A DNA stretch of 64,000 nucleotides. Origin: Octopus vulgaris. Taxonomy: Eukaryota. The notes beneath the pieces are model-generated. The model had not been told where the DNA came from. It saw only the letters and a program-made list of their open reading frames with translations, and did not search any database. Location: the NCBI GenBank assembly GCA_951406725.2, contig OX597825.1:19344001-19408000 (forward strand), given 5' to 3'. Both the position numbers and the translations under genes were made by a program. Below, piece by piece: positions 1 to 12,208 of the stretch. Each line of letters starts with the position of its first letter. Position 1 is the first letter of the stretch.

Positions 1-512
1 TACTAAAAAAAAATAAGAAAAAAGAATAAAAAAGAAGAGATTTCTTTCCACGTTTATTATTACTTAGTTTATTAGATTTTCTATCTGGATGAGATTGTAG
101 AATTTATCGTCTGATTAATGCCATTCATCTCCTCTATCGGACCTCGTAGTCAATAAATAAATAAATATATATAATATGATATAAAATACAATACAACACA
201 ACACAACAAACGAAAGTAATACCCATCAAAATATTTTATGTAAATAGAAAAGAAAATTTGGGGCCGATGTCGAATAGGATTTATTAGAATGAATGGAACG
301 CACAAGAAGCCACGGATTAAGTTTAAACGAAAATAATGTTTAAATAAATGTTGAAACATTACGGTGAAAGAAGAATGATAGCCACGCATGTTTTGTAAGT
401 TACATTTCCAATAAACATTTATGCTATAGTCACATTATTTCAAAGGTCTGAAATGTCAAACTGATATATATGTATGTGTGTGTGTGAATACATATATATA
501 TACACACATCTG

Positions 513-636
513 CATACATACATATACATGCAAACATATATGAGAGTGTGTATATGTGCGTATTTAAATAAGGCTGCATATATATATGTCTGTGTGTATA
601 TACATATACATACATATATGTATGTGTGTATACGTA

Positions 637-676
<40 letters not shown>

Positions 677-776
677 AGTGTATGTATATGTATACACACA
701 CACATATATATATGCAGCCTTATTTAAATACACACATACACACTCTCATATATGCTTGTATGTATATGTATGTATG

Positions 777-780
<4 letters not shown>
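513..780. repeat. Foldback (inverted) duplication centred on a (TA)n tract
   Basis: catatatgagagtgtgtatatgtgcgtatttaaataaggctgcatatat (~535-585) recurs nearly reverse-complemented at ~703-754; (TA)n lies between the arms. Confidence 0.8.
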
Positions 781-816
<36 letters not shown>

Positions 817-1652
817 ATGCCTTTTTGCTTAGGTGTATATGTATATGCGTGTATTTACATGCGACCAGGAAGCACTCGAATACGTACACTACATATACAC
901 ACACATACGAACACACACGTATTGACATACACACACATATATATATATGAATAATAGACAGGTAGATAGATAGATAGTCACAAGTGAAAACATTTATGTA
1001 CGCATATTAATTTATTTATATAACCTTACCATCTTAACATATACTTCTCTAGCGAGCTGTGGTTAATCGACAATTGTTATAGAATGAGAAGTGCATAGTG
1101 TTGTGTTGAAAATCATTAAGAATGACACGAATATACAACTTTGATACAAATAACCAACCATATGATATCAAATTATCACTTACGAAAAAAGTGTTATATG
1201 CTCGAAAGAAACAACTAGCAAAATGCCTTCAAAATACAAGTAATTGATTTACACGACATTGTATGGTCACTTAGTAACGCTAACCATTGATTTAAAGCAT
1301 ATCCTGAATTTATTTGCTCAATGATTATATATTTTTGCTCAATAGTTGTAAAGCTTCGCGATACGTATTTATTGCAATGGAGACAAATATAAATGGATAC
1401 GTGAAACAATTTCTAGATTGCTCTCTAAGTAGCTTGATATGTCACAGTTTGGGGGATGTTGTTATGATATCTGCATTTTGATACCCGCGACGAATCAACA
1501 TCACACAGGAAAATCTTTTCCAATATTGAGATTGCTTCATTTCTGTATGTCAGCCAGGATTTCGTCTGCGACAACTTTAATCCTCCAGGTCTCCAGTGCC
1601 GTTGATTTTTCACCAATATATCAAGCTGTTTCCGTAGAAAGGGGACATAACA

Positions 1653-1847
1653 TATTGTGATATTGTCCCTCATGCTGCGGAGGACTGGCAAGATCTTATG
1701 AATGCAGTTTCAATGTCTTGCGAGGCATTTGACTTAACCATAAATCTAACCAAAACTGTTGTCATGTTTCAGCCAGCACCAGGAATGCCATACATAGAAC
1801 CTGGTATCTTCGTGTATAGAAGAAAACTTGCTGTGGTTTCTAAGTTT
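1653..1847 (+). mobile_element. RTE-clade LINE reverse transcriptase fragment (decayed)
   Basis: Frame reads YCDIVPHAAEDWQDLMNAVSMSCEAFDLTINLTKTVVMFQPAPGMPYIEPGIFV..KLAVVSKF, matching the RTE region after YADD (..EDLQ.LM..F...C..FGLTI...KT.VM.QP.P). Confidence 0.85.
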
Positions 1848-1895
1848 GTTTTTATATTTTTATTACTTTTATATTTTTTATTACTTCAATAGGAA

Positions 1896-2059
1896 GAGTG
1901 GCTGTGTGGTAAGTAGCTTGTTTACCAACCACATGGCTCCGGATTCAGTCCATCTGCGTGGCATCTTGGACAAGTGTCCTCTGCTATAGCCTCGGGCCGC
2001 CCAATGCCTTGTGAGTGGATTTGGTAGACGGAAACTGAAAGAAGTCTGTCGTATATATG

Positions 2060-2134
<75 letters not shown>

Positions 2135-2352
2135 ATGTTTGTGTGTCTGTGTTTGTCCCTCTAGCATTGCTTGACAACCGATGCTGGTGTGTTTACGCCC
2201 CCGTAACTTAGCGGTTCGGCAAAAGAGACCGATAGAATAAGTACTGGGCTTACAAAAAAGAATAAGTCCCAGGGTCGATTTGCTCGACTAAAGGCGGTGC
2301 TCCAGCATGGCTGCAGTCAAATGACTGAAATAAGTAAAAGAGAGTAAAGAGT
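1896..2352 (+). mobile_element. SINE family A (tRNA-like head, internal (TA)n(TG)n, GTAAAAGA tail)
   Basis: A-box-like gagtggctgtgtggtaag, B-box-like ggattcagtcc; at least 5 near-full copies in window; tail ccagcatggctgcagtc..gtaaaagaga. Confidence 0.9.
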
Positions 2353-2687
2353 AATACACACTGCTTTTTTATAAAACATCTTACTCCTTTACGCTTTTAA
2401 TCTACATATCTACCTGCAATTTCAGGATTTCCTCTTTTCCTTTTTTTTTATTTAACATTCTATACTCTTCTAGCCTTAATAATTTTGTATATTCAGCCTT
2501 TGTCTTCATCTCCCGTCATCTCCCCACGCTTTATATCATACGTTAATACCTATCACAACCGCTGCCTCTATAATCGTCATCCCTTCTATCATTCTTTCAA
2601 TTCACTTACCTGTTTTGTTGTCACATTACATAACCGACTTCCAATCTTTCTTATTTATTCGTTTGCGTTATTATTATTCGTTCTACT

Positions 2688-3005
2688 TCTCTCTCTCTCT
2701 CTCTCTCTCTCTCCCTCCATGTCTCTCTCCTTCCCTGTCTGTTTGTCTCTCTTTCTCTCTCACTCTGCCTCTCTTTCTTCCTCTTTTACCTCATCTTCTC
2801 CTTTTAATCTTATTCTTCTCTTACTATAGTTAACTTGCTGTCCACTTTACTGCCTACTTCTGAAGCCTCTAGGTACTAATTTTTCCTCTATTTCTCTATT
2901 TTCTATCAATTTTAACATTCTCGTTCATACTCTCTCTCTCTTTCTATTTCTTTCTCTCTCTCTCTCTCCCTCTTTCTCTCTCTCTCTCTCTTTTACCTCT
3001 CTCTC
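2688..3005. repeat. (CT)n-rich polypyrimidine low-complexity tract
   Basis: Several (CT)n runs. Confidence 0.85.
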
Positions 3006-3796
3006 CAAAACTACTGCTTTCTATTTCGAGCTTAATAGAAAGTTGATATCTATCAAACTAGGCCACCTCACGAAAAAAACACTTGGCGCGTGGTTTATGC
3101 ATTTTACATTAAAATATGTATCAAAATGAACGCATATTCACATAATTTAGATTCTCCGAGCATCTAAATCTATTCCCTTCCACCTCTGTTTCACATTTTC
3201 TATCATTCAATAACATTTCACTTCATTACATCGTTCACACAAACCTTTCATGCATACAGTTTAAATTCGATATGATATAAGATCTATTCAAGGGCATCAA
3301 TATCCTATGATATGTGCTGCGAAATTCTGGTTGCATGAATTTAATTGGATACAGCATAGGAATACTGTCATGAATTCACATGTAATTTTTTCACTGAATG
3401 TTTTTTAAAAAATGTATATTCACACCACTTCTGACAGATGTAACATTTACGCCCACTTAAACATTGATGCGCTGTTAGAACAAACAACACTACTGTAGAT
3501 GCCAGGAGAGAAATTCATATTGGCGATATCAGCGCCTGTCCTGGCACTGTTGTTCTGCATATCGAGGTGAAGTGTACATCATGGAGAAGACTAAGGAAAG
3601 ACGAAATTACGGGATCTGGTGGTTTGGGAATTGGAGTAGTCTCCCTGCTAACGATATCAACAAGAAAGCTAACATGAGATTTTCTCTCATTGTATCTACT
3701 GGAGTAGTGTTTACTCTTACAGAACATCTACATCTAAGTAGGGATAAACATTCCAGCTTGGTGCCACTACTGTATCTTAATCTAATAAATATTTAG

Positions 3797-3957
3797 GGCG
3801 AAGGAGTGACTGTTTGGTAAGTAGCTTGCTTACAAACCACATGGTTCCGGATTCAGTCCCACTGTGTGGCACCTTGGGCAAGTGTCTTCTACTATAGCCT
3901 CGGGCCGACCAAAGCCTTGTGAGTGGATTTGGTAGACGGAAGTGAAAGAAGCCCGTC

Positions 3958-4039
<82 letters not shown>

Positions 4040-4245
4040 CTGTTTTTGTTCCCCCAACATCACTTGACAACCGATGCTGGTGTGTTTGCGTCCCCGTAAT
4101 TAGCGATTCGGCAAAGAGACCGATAGAATAAGTACTAGGCTTACAAAGAATATGTCCTGTGGTCGATTTGCTCGACTAAAGGCGGTACTCCAGTATGGCC
4201 ATAGTCAACTGATGAAACAAGTAAAAGAGTAAAAGAGTAAAGAGT
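3797..4245 (+). mobile_element. SINE family A copy
   Basis: Same head, body and tail as 1896-2352; tail agtaaaagagtaaaagagt. Confidence 0.9.
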
Positions 4246-4955
4246 TCTCACAGAATTAAACCCACTTATAAATAATTTAAGAGTCATATATCGAAACTAT
4301 AGATATACACAGATAGGAATTGAAATAATGACGGGAAAATGCGTAACTGTTTTTTTTTTGTCCTTACTTGCTTCAGTCATGTGACTGTGGCCATGCTGTG
4401 TTGCTAAATATTTTACAAATTTCGTTTGATTTTTGGAGACGAGAAATTATTTTTAATATACACTAATATATTCGAACTACAGACGCCATCTTTATCGTTC
4501 CCTTCAGTAAAATTCGGCCGCGTTGCTTTCCGGCAATGTATCATGTTTTTATTGTATTTGATATCGAACTTTTAATTCAAATGAATTCTCTGTGGTAACA
4601 TGTCTTTATATCGTTATTCACCCGGACGAAATTCTTTTTCTTATTCTACTGCTTATCTCTCGATTCCATTAGATTCTTATGCTTCATCCACAGATTTATG
4701 AAGCTTGACTAAAGCAGAGTCCGAAATCATGTCCACTAACTGTATATTCTCCTGGAATTGAATAACGCTTATATTCCCGTGCCTGCATTACTCTGTATAT
4801 AAGTGGTAGTCGATGTGTGTGTATACTTGCAGCTTTCTGTATATATTTGTTGGTCTGTAAACCGTTTTCGCATTGATGGTTAACTCTAATCACAAAATAT
4901 TAAGCAATATATGATAGATTTCGCTCTGTCACACACGCACACACATTCGATTTAC

Positions 4956-5004
<49 letters not shown>

Positions 5005-5009
5005 TATTT

Positions 5010-5305
5010 CTACCTTTTATTTGTTTCACTCATTAGACTGCGGCCATGCTTTCGCACCCCCTTGAATTTTTAGTTGAATGAATCGATCGCAGCACTGCTG
5101 GTGCATATTTTATCGTCTCTTTTGCCGAACAGTTATGTTGTATTTATACAATGGGTTTCTTTCAGTTCCCCTCTATCAAAACCATTCACAAAGCTATGGT
5201 CAGCCCGAGATTATAGTAGAAGACACCTGCCCGAAGGTGCAACGCAGTGGGACTGAAACCGGAACCATATCGTTGGGAAGGAAGCTTCTTATCACACAGT
5301 CACAC
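5010..5305 (-). mobile_element. Degenerate SINE family A copy
   Basis: Reverse complement of tail (tttcactcattagactgcggccatgct) and head (agaagacacctgcccgaaggtgc..gtgggactgaaaccggaaccat). Confidence 0.75.
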
Positions 5306-5974
5306 ACACAAACACACACACAGACATATATATATATATATACACATATATGTATATAAACATATATAGAGAGACACAGTGAGAGAGGGGGGAGATGTAT
5401 CTTTCTGTATATCTTACGTAACCTGGATGTTCTGTACACATTGAGACAGCATCGTATATAGACGCCTTGTATGAAAATGCACAGAAACATGTCACTTACT
5501 GACGAAAAGTGCCCAGCAGTGGCGGTGGAACTGATGTAAGTGAAAAGAATTTTAAACTGACAAAGGCAGTGATTTGGAATATCCCCTTACAGGTTAAATA
5601 TTACTTAGATACATTAACATGATCATACAGTATTCGATGCAGAATTTCATCATTCAGAAATCGATATTGTAACAACTAGATAATTATTTGGCGTTACGTA
5701 ATACATGAGAATATAATTACGTCAGGTCTTAGAATGTTAATGTGTGTCTGAAAATCATTGTTGTACTTATAATTAAATTGCTAGTGAGAGAAGTTATGAA
5801 TTCATTCTGATTTTTTTCCCTCACTATACGCAGATATTTTGAATGTTCCTTCAAAAATGTATGTGTTGTAGAGTGGAATACATTTATTTCTGCTGTATAT
5901 GTTAAGAGTAAAGTATTGACGTCCGAAATGCTTTCTGGAGGTAAATTTGAAGTAACAATGAAGCTTTCTTTTTA

Positions 5975-6020
<46 letters not shown>

Positions 6021-6023
<3 letters not shown>

Positions 6024-6216
6024 GGAGAATTCACAAAAGAAAAAACAAAAGACGAAGACAGGTGGTGTAGACAACAAATGAATGTATTAGTATAACACTC
6101 GATAAGTGAAAAAGTCTTTAACGTTTCGAGCCTACGCTCTTCCACAGAAAGGAACAGAGAAAGAAACAGGGAGAGAAAATAAAGAATGTGTAGTGGCTAG
6201 CGATCTATCATGGCGA

Positions 6217-6218
<2 letters not shown>
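6021..6218 (-). mobile_element. Short element in (TA)n with hammerhead-like motif (family P2); probable Penelope-like terminal fragment
   Basis: (TA)n on both sides; minus strand 6116-6151 reads cttt CTGTGGA a gagc gtag gctc GAAA cg TT aaag; homologous to 16799-16966. Confidence 0.7.
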
Positions 6219-6273
<55 letters not shown>

Positions 6274-6339
6274 AATGACTGTTTAATGACATCGTTTCCA
6301 ACTAGCAAATTTAGGCAAAGGAGTAATCAAATACAACAG

Positions 6340-6492
6340 TTCCAGTGCTTACTTAGTATTTATTTTATCGACTTTGAAAGCATGAACGGCAAAATTGCCC
6401 CTCTGCGAAATTTGAACTCAAAACGTTAAAACAGGAAGAAATACCGCGAAGCATTTTGTCCGACTAGCTAAAGATTGTACCAGCTCGCCGAG
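6340..6492 (-). mobile_element. Degenerate SINE family B copy
   Basis: Reverse complement of head (ccagctcgcc, tttgaactca, ttattttatcgac). Confidence 0.65.
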
Positions 6493-6920
6493 TTACGTGT
6501 GAGTCAAACGTATAACAAACAGTATATAGAACATGCACGTTTTCTAGTATTGGGTGTTTGAGGCAAATACATTTGATTTAGATAATTTTACTGTGTATAC
6601 AGACATCGGTTTACTGTAAGATTTCTATAATTAATGAATTTAGTAGCAGGTAAATTTCCATTATATTGCACTCGTTAGCAGCACGCGTATTATTTGATTT
6701 CTATGGTTGCCGACTTCGGTATTAATAGTTTCCAGAAGATGCAGTTCTTCTTAGTTCCTGACTGAAACGCTAGACAAGCAAAGTTTTGGAAATTACCAAT
6801 TTACATGACTTTCGCTAATTACAAACTTTGCGAAATATTTTATTGAATTGAAAATGCTCACGATGTTTGCATTCAGACTTCTGCCCTTCTTAGATATATA
6901 AAGTATTCTTCCATATGCAC

Positions 6921-6958
<38 letters not shown>

Positions 6959-7061
6959 GTATATGTGTATACATACATATGTATATATGTGTATATATTA
7001 TATATGTATATATATTTGCATGCATGTATGTATGTATATATATATATATATATACATACAG

Positions 7062-7114
<53 letters not shown>

Positions 7115-7183
7115 TAAGCAAGTATTTATCGTCATAAAGCATCAGGAAATAAGCATCCCGTATATTCATACATTAATATTCTC

Positions 7184-7267
<84 letters not shown>

Positions 7268-7490
7268 ATAAATATGTATATATTTCGAAAGAATGTTTGA
7301 GAAATAGTTTAATTCAATTGTCTGTCAGATGTAGCAGCGTCTTGCATTACATGGTTCAAATGACTATTAGATAGCAGAATTGAATTTGTGTTTGTTTATG
7401 TCAGGTACACACAGCTTGCCGTTCTTCCCTGGTATTTGAGCGAATATTTTGTTCTCATATTTCCAAATATTTTTGCGTCTGCTTCGTGCA

Positions 7491-7562
7491 GAATCGTTGC
7501 TTTCGGATTCCTTACACGCACGGTCAACATCGTGCTTGTAAGGAATTCGAAGGCGACAATTC
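7491..7562 (+). other. 72-nt isolated hairpin, pre-miRNA-like
   Basis: 34 stem positions with 2 mismatches and 4 G:U pairs on the + strand, 4-nt loop. Confidence 0.45.
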
Positions 7563-7982
7563 AATCAGCGTTACAGTCGTGCCTATACCATTATATTTTA
7601 TCGCTTATTATTTCCAGGATGAGGTTATCCAATATATATTTAGGACAACATCGTGAGATATAGGAGAATTGTGTTTATTATTTGTGGCTCACTGATTGAG
7701 ATTTCGCGTTAAATCTGTGTCACTGACCTACTCTACTATTAAGGTGTCATATTTTAACTTAATCGTGTATTATACCTACATGTTTTTGAAAAGTGACTAC
7801 AACATCCAATTTTCATATACCAAACAAACAAAAAAAAAAAACAACCGTTTATCTCCCACTATTGTATGTTCTGTAAGGGCTGAACTATATTTCACTCATG
7901 CAAACTAAGAACCGCAATACAGTAGCAGTGTTATCATGAAATAAATATTCGGCTAAACACTCAGTATATTTCATGTTTCGAA

Positions 7983-8395
7983 GGCGGTGAGCTGGCAGAA
8001 ACGTTAGCACGCCGGGCGAAATGCGTAGCCGTATTTCGTCTGCCGTTACGTTCTGGGTTCAAATTCCGCCGAGGTCGACTTTGCTTTTCATCCTTTCAGG
8101 GTCGATAAATTAAGTACCAGTTACGCACTGGGGTCGATGTAATCGACTTAATCCGTTTGTCTGTCCTCGTTTGTCCCCTCTATGTTAAGCCCCTTGTGGG
8201 TAGTAAAGACACAGGTATTTCGTCTGCCGCTACGTTCTGAGTTCAAATTCCGGCGAGGTCGACTTTGCCTTTTATCCTTTCAGGGTCGATAAATTAAGTA
8301 CCAGTTACGCACTGGGGTCGATGTAATCGACTTAATCCGTTTGTCTGTCCTCGTTTGTCCCCTCTGTGTTTAGCCCCTTGTGGGTAGTAAAGAAA
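7983..8395 (+). mobile_element. SINE family B, full unit plus partial tandem second unit
   Basis: Head ggcggtgagctggcagaaacgttagc, B-box-like gggttcaaattcc, body gtcgactttgc(c/t)tttcatcctttc; second unit restarts near 8215; possible TSD ttyatgtttcg on both flanks. Confidence 0.9.
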
Positions 8396-8563
8396 TATAT
8401 TTTTTATGTTTCGTTGATTTCTATTGTTAAACGTTTCATGGTGTCTTACCTCCCCCATACACTTTTGCCAGATTTATTAAGATTATGATATTCTTCTTCA
8501 TTGATAATTGTGCAATTGTTAATTTTAGTTATTAGTTTCACCACACCAGTTGGGCTTGTAACT

Positions 8564-9569
8564 GATTATATCTTATCCGGGGATATTTCACGTAAAGTCA
8601 AAGTGGAAGAAGACTATCTATTAGCAAATACAGTTCTGTGGGAGATAACCCTTTTACACAGACACAGATTTCCTAGAATATTATTGACTGTGTATTTCAA
8701 TAAAAAAGATAGCAATGTGCGACTTAAGGAAAATATGGCAGTTATTCATCACACGTCGTTTCTTAGCATATTAATACTCCTTAATCCCTATATATGCATA
8801 ATGCTTTATGAGGTGTCACGATTACGTTGAAGCCAATGGGTATGATTCTCAGACATACCCCAAATCTCAACAACATTTACCAGAATCCTTTGACGCTACT
8901 TCAATATTAATTAACACAAAAAGCTTTACTGAATTATGCACGAAGCAGTAATAAGAATTTAACGTAAGGTAAACTGATTTATGTAAGAGGTGTCTTAAAG
9001 CAGCGGAACAATCTACTTTTAATTAAGCTGCTAATGCTTCTTAAGTTGTTAAACATTGCTATTCCTGTTTTCATTACTACTTGAAAATGTATTATTTTAT
9101 ATGTTCAGCGTAAACAAAAACATCATTCAGGATCCACTCTCTCGTGATTGACTTATAAGAAGTATAAAGATTATACGATGTAGAGATTGTGTTGCGATTT
9201 CATTTCTGTCACAAAATTGTTTATTTACATAACATTTTCCATCACACATTGAAACATGCAATTAAATATCTTTAATGGTCATGGCATGATTGCAATGTAG
9301 GATTTCGTACCAGGTGAATAATATATAATAATTTCTTGGACTATTAAGTTAGCCAGAACAGAGACAGATTTGCAGATTATATCTTATCTGGGGATATTTC
9401 AGGTAAAGTCAAAGTGGAACGAGAATATCTATTAGCAAATACAGTTCTGTGTGAGATAACCCTTTTACACAGACACAGATTTCCTAGAATATTATTGACT
9501 GTGTATTTCAATAAATAAGATAGCAATGTGCGACTTAAGGAAGATATGGCAGTTATTCATCGCACGTCG
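8564..9569 (+). repeat. Dispersed 195-bp direct duplication (8564-8758 and 9375-9569)
   Basis: gattatatcttatc..cacgtcg present twice with about 10 substitutions. Confidence 0.9.
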
Positions 9570-10215
9570 ATGTTATAATAGCAATAACGGCCTCTAAACT
9601 AGAGTTTACGTAAATTATGTAAACAATTGTAAGGGATACCAAAAGGGTTTGCCGCTGTTATGTGTCAACAAGAACATGAATTCTTGCAGGCTCCAAAGTT
9701 TTTTGGTCAAATACAAAATGAAGAAACTTACAAGTATACATTAGCTGTTAAATGTGCACCTCAGGTGTGAACTTCGGAAGGTTATTCATGTGGTACATTC
9801 CTCTTTGGAATCTAAAGAATGACAAATATAACAACCAGATATCGAACCTGCCTTGATGGGTCAGTTAACTGGCGTCTTGCTACCACTTACATACTCATCT
9901 TATTTTATGAAAATGCTATAATTTAATTGAGATGTGTCTTTTTATGTTTGTATTACGGATTTGCTTTCTGTTTCGCTTACATTCATAATAATTGAAAAAA
10001 AAAAAGACAAATTTAAGATCTGTGAAAAGCTGCTTCAAACGAAGCTAGGTTTTTATAAAACGCAAAATGGGGAAAACAGATTTTCTTATTTGTTTTGTGA
10101 TCGTTTTTATACATATTTTTTTAACATTTCCAAGCATTTAAAAATAATTCACAAAGTAGTAAATTGATTTTGAAGAATTGAACGTTTGAGACAAAAGTAT
10201 GAAAGACAAAGAAAA

Positions 10216-10259
<44 letters not shown>

Positions 10260-10720
10260 CAGAAATAAACACAAATAGTAACTAAACGAAAGAGATCAAA
10301 AACTGAAATAATTTTATAATCAGTAAAAATATATTTTAATGGAAATTGTCAGATATGACAGGTATGCATAAAGTATTTTTCCTTGATCAGCGAGTAGTAC
10401 AACTGAAACGTACTGAATAGAAAATGTATTATGGTAGTAGAAAATTCTTACTTTCAACAATTACGATTTATATATTGCAATGGAAACGAATAATTAGTAA
10501 CAGAGGAATGGATATCTTCTATATTTGATATTGATACATACATACTTTGTCAATTCTATAAGTATAAATAAGATAACTGCCGCAGGGTTTGATTTCCAAA
10601 GACCGATTCCAGGAAGAACATTCTAAAAACTGCAAAGCAGTACATGGTATGCTTTATTTTAAGAGTAAGTCGAATGCGATACTCTGAGAGAAATGAGTTT
10701 TCCAACGGCGTTAGATTTAC

Positions 10721-10948
10721 GGCGAGCTGGCAGAAACGTTAGCACACCGGGCGAAATGCTTAGCGGTATTGCGTCTGTCGTTGCGTTCTGAGTTCAAATT
10801 CCGTCGAGGTCGACTTTGCCTTTCATCCTTTCGGGGTCGATAAATTAAGCACCAGTTACGTACTGGGGTCGATGTAATCGACTTAATCCGTTTGTCAGTC
10901 CTTGTTTGTCCCCTCTATGTTTAGCCCCTTGTGGGCAATAAAGAAACA
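10721..10948 (+). mobile_element. SINE family B copy
   Basis: ggcgagctggcagaaacgttagc...gccccttgtgggcaataaagaaa. Confidence 0.9.
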
Positions 10949-11257
10949 GATATTAATATAACACTACCGAGAATCAAAATGGCTGCCTGTTTTCTACAAG
11001 ACTTTCTACTAAATAATATTTATATGAACAAATAGATAAGTTTAATTTTGGAAAGGCTAATTGGAAGATATATCCAAAGGGTATTAATCGTACAATAGCG
11101 CGGCATATACTCTTCTCTACACATCTCCTTCTCTGCGGCGTTTCCTAGAATGTAATTTTAATAATGTTGCTCATATAGATATGGTTTCAAAGATAGGAGT
11201 AATTTCATATCATATATATATATATATCCGTGTGTGTTTGTGCCTGTGTGTGTGTTT

Positions 11258-11291
<34 letters not shown>

Positions 11292-11347
11292 ATGCGTGTG
11301 TGTGTATGTGTGTGTGTGTGTATATATCTATATTTATATGTATATGT

Positions 11348-11660
11348 GTGGAGGCGCAATGGCCAAGTAGTTAGGGCAGCGAACTCGCGGTCGGAGGATC
11401 GTGGTTTCGATTCCCAGACCGGGCGTTGTGAATGTTTATTGAGCGAAAAAATCTAAAGCTACACGAGGCTCTGGCAGGGGGTGGTGGCGATCCCTGTTGT
11501 AATCTTTCGCCGCAACTTTCTCTCACTCTTTCCTCTGTTGGCCTGCCCGCTTGGTCAGCGGGGTGGCGTCATTTGAAGGCTAAAACAATGCGAAACGCAT
11601 TGTGACCAGCGATGGGTAGCAGCATCTGATAGCCTGGTCGGTGACGGTGATCACAGTGAT
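11348..11660 (+). mobile_element. SINE family C (tRNA-derived head)
   Basis: gtggaggcgcaatggccaagtagttagg (A box), ggtttcgattccc (B box); head and middle shared with 36128-36338. Confidence 0.8.
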
Positions 11661-11695
11661 ATGTATATGTATATATATATAAAACACACACGCAC

Positions 11696-11696
<1 letters not shown>

Positions 11697-11726
<30 letters not shown>

Positions 11727-11846
11727 TGTATGTATGTATGTATGTATGTATGTATGTATGTATGTATGTATGTATGTATGTATGTATGTATGTATGTATG
11801 TATGTATGTATGTATGTATGTATGTATGTATGTATGTATGTATGTG

Positions 11847-11889
<43 letters not shown>

Positions 11890-11918
11890 ATGCATGTATG
11901 TATGTATGTATGTATGTA
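11697..11918. repeat. Compound microsatellite (TATG)n/(TG)n/(CGTG)n
   Basis: Directly visible. Confidence 0.95.
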
Positions 11919-12208
11919 TAAGGTGTATTCCGTTAGGAACGTATCAGAGTACAAAGTGGAGCTCGTTCACCCTAACCAAATAGCTGGTAGCATTAAGGTA
12001 TAATTTCTAACCTGGGTTTAGGCATTCATCATGAGTGAAAAGAAAATTGAATAGAGGCAAGAATGAGGACGTTTAGACAGCTATTTGATAAACACTACAC
12101 AACATATATCCACATATACACAGGATTCAAATTAAGCTACATCTTACATGTATAATGGGATCCAGTTGTATCTCCTCGGGTGATATATAATCCTTGTCCC
12201 CGTCTCTC

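Noticed and set aside
1881-2211. Recurrent peptides such as RLPNPLTR and EDTCPRCH in several ORFs
   Set aside because: They are translations of SINE family A copies, not a protein family.
3498-3680. Short frame containing WRRLRK..GSGGLGI, reminiscent of a LINE GGLG motif
   Set aside because: Single short motif with no other support.
11348-11425. tRNA gene candidates at SINE heads (also 36128 and ~46390-46466)
   Set aside because: A and B boxes are present but the acceptor stem is incomplete and each continues into a repeat body.
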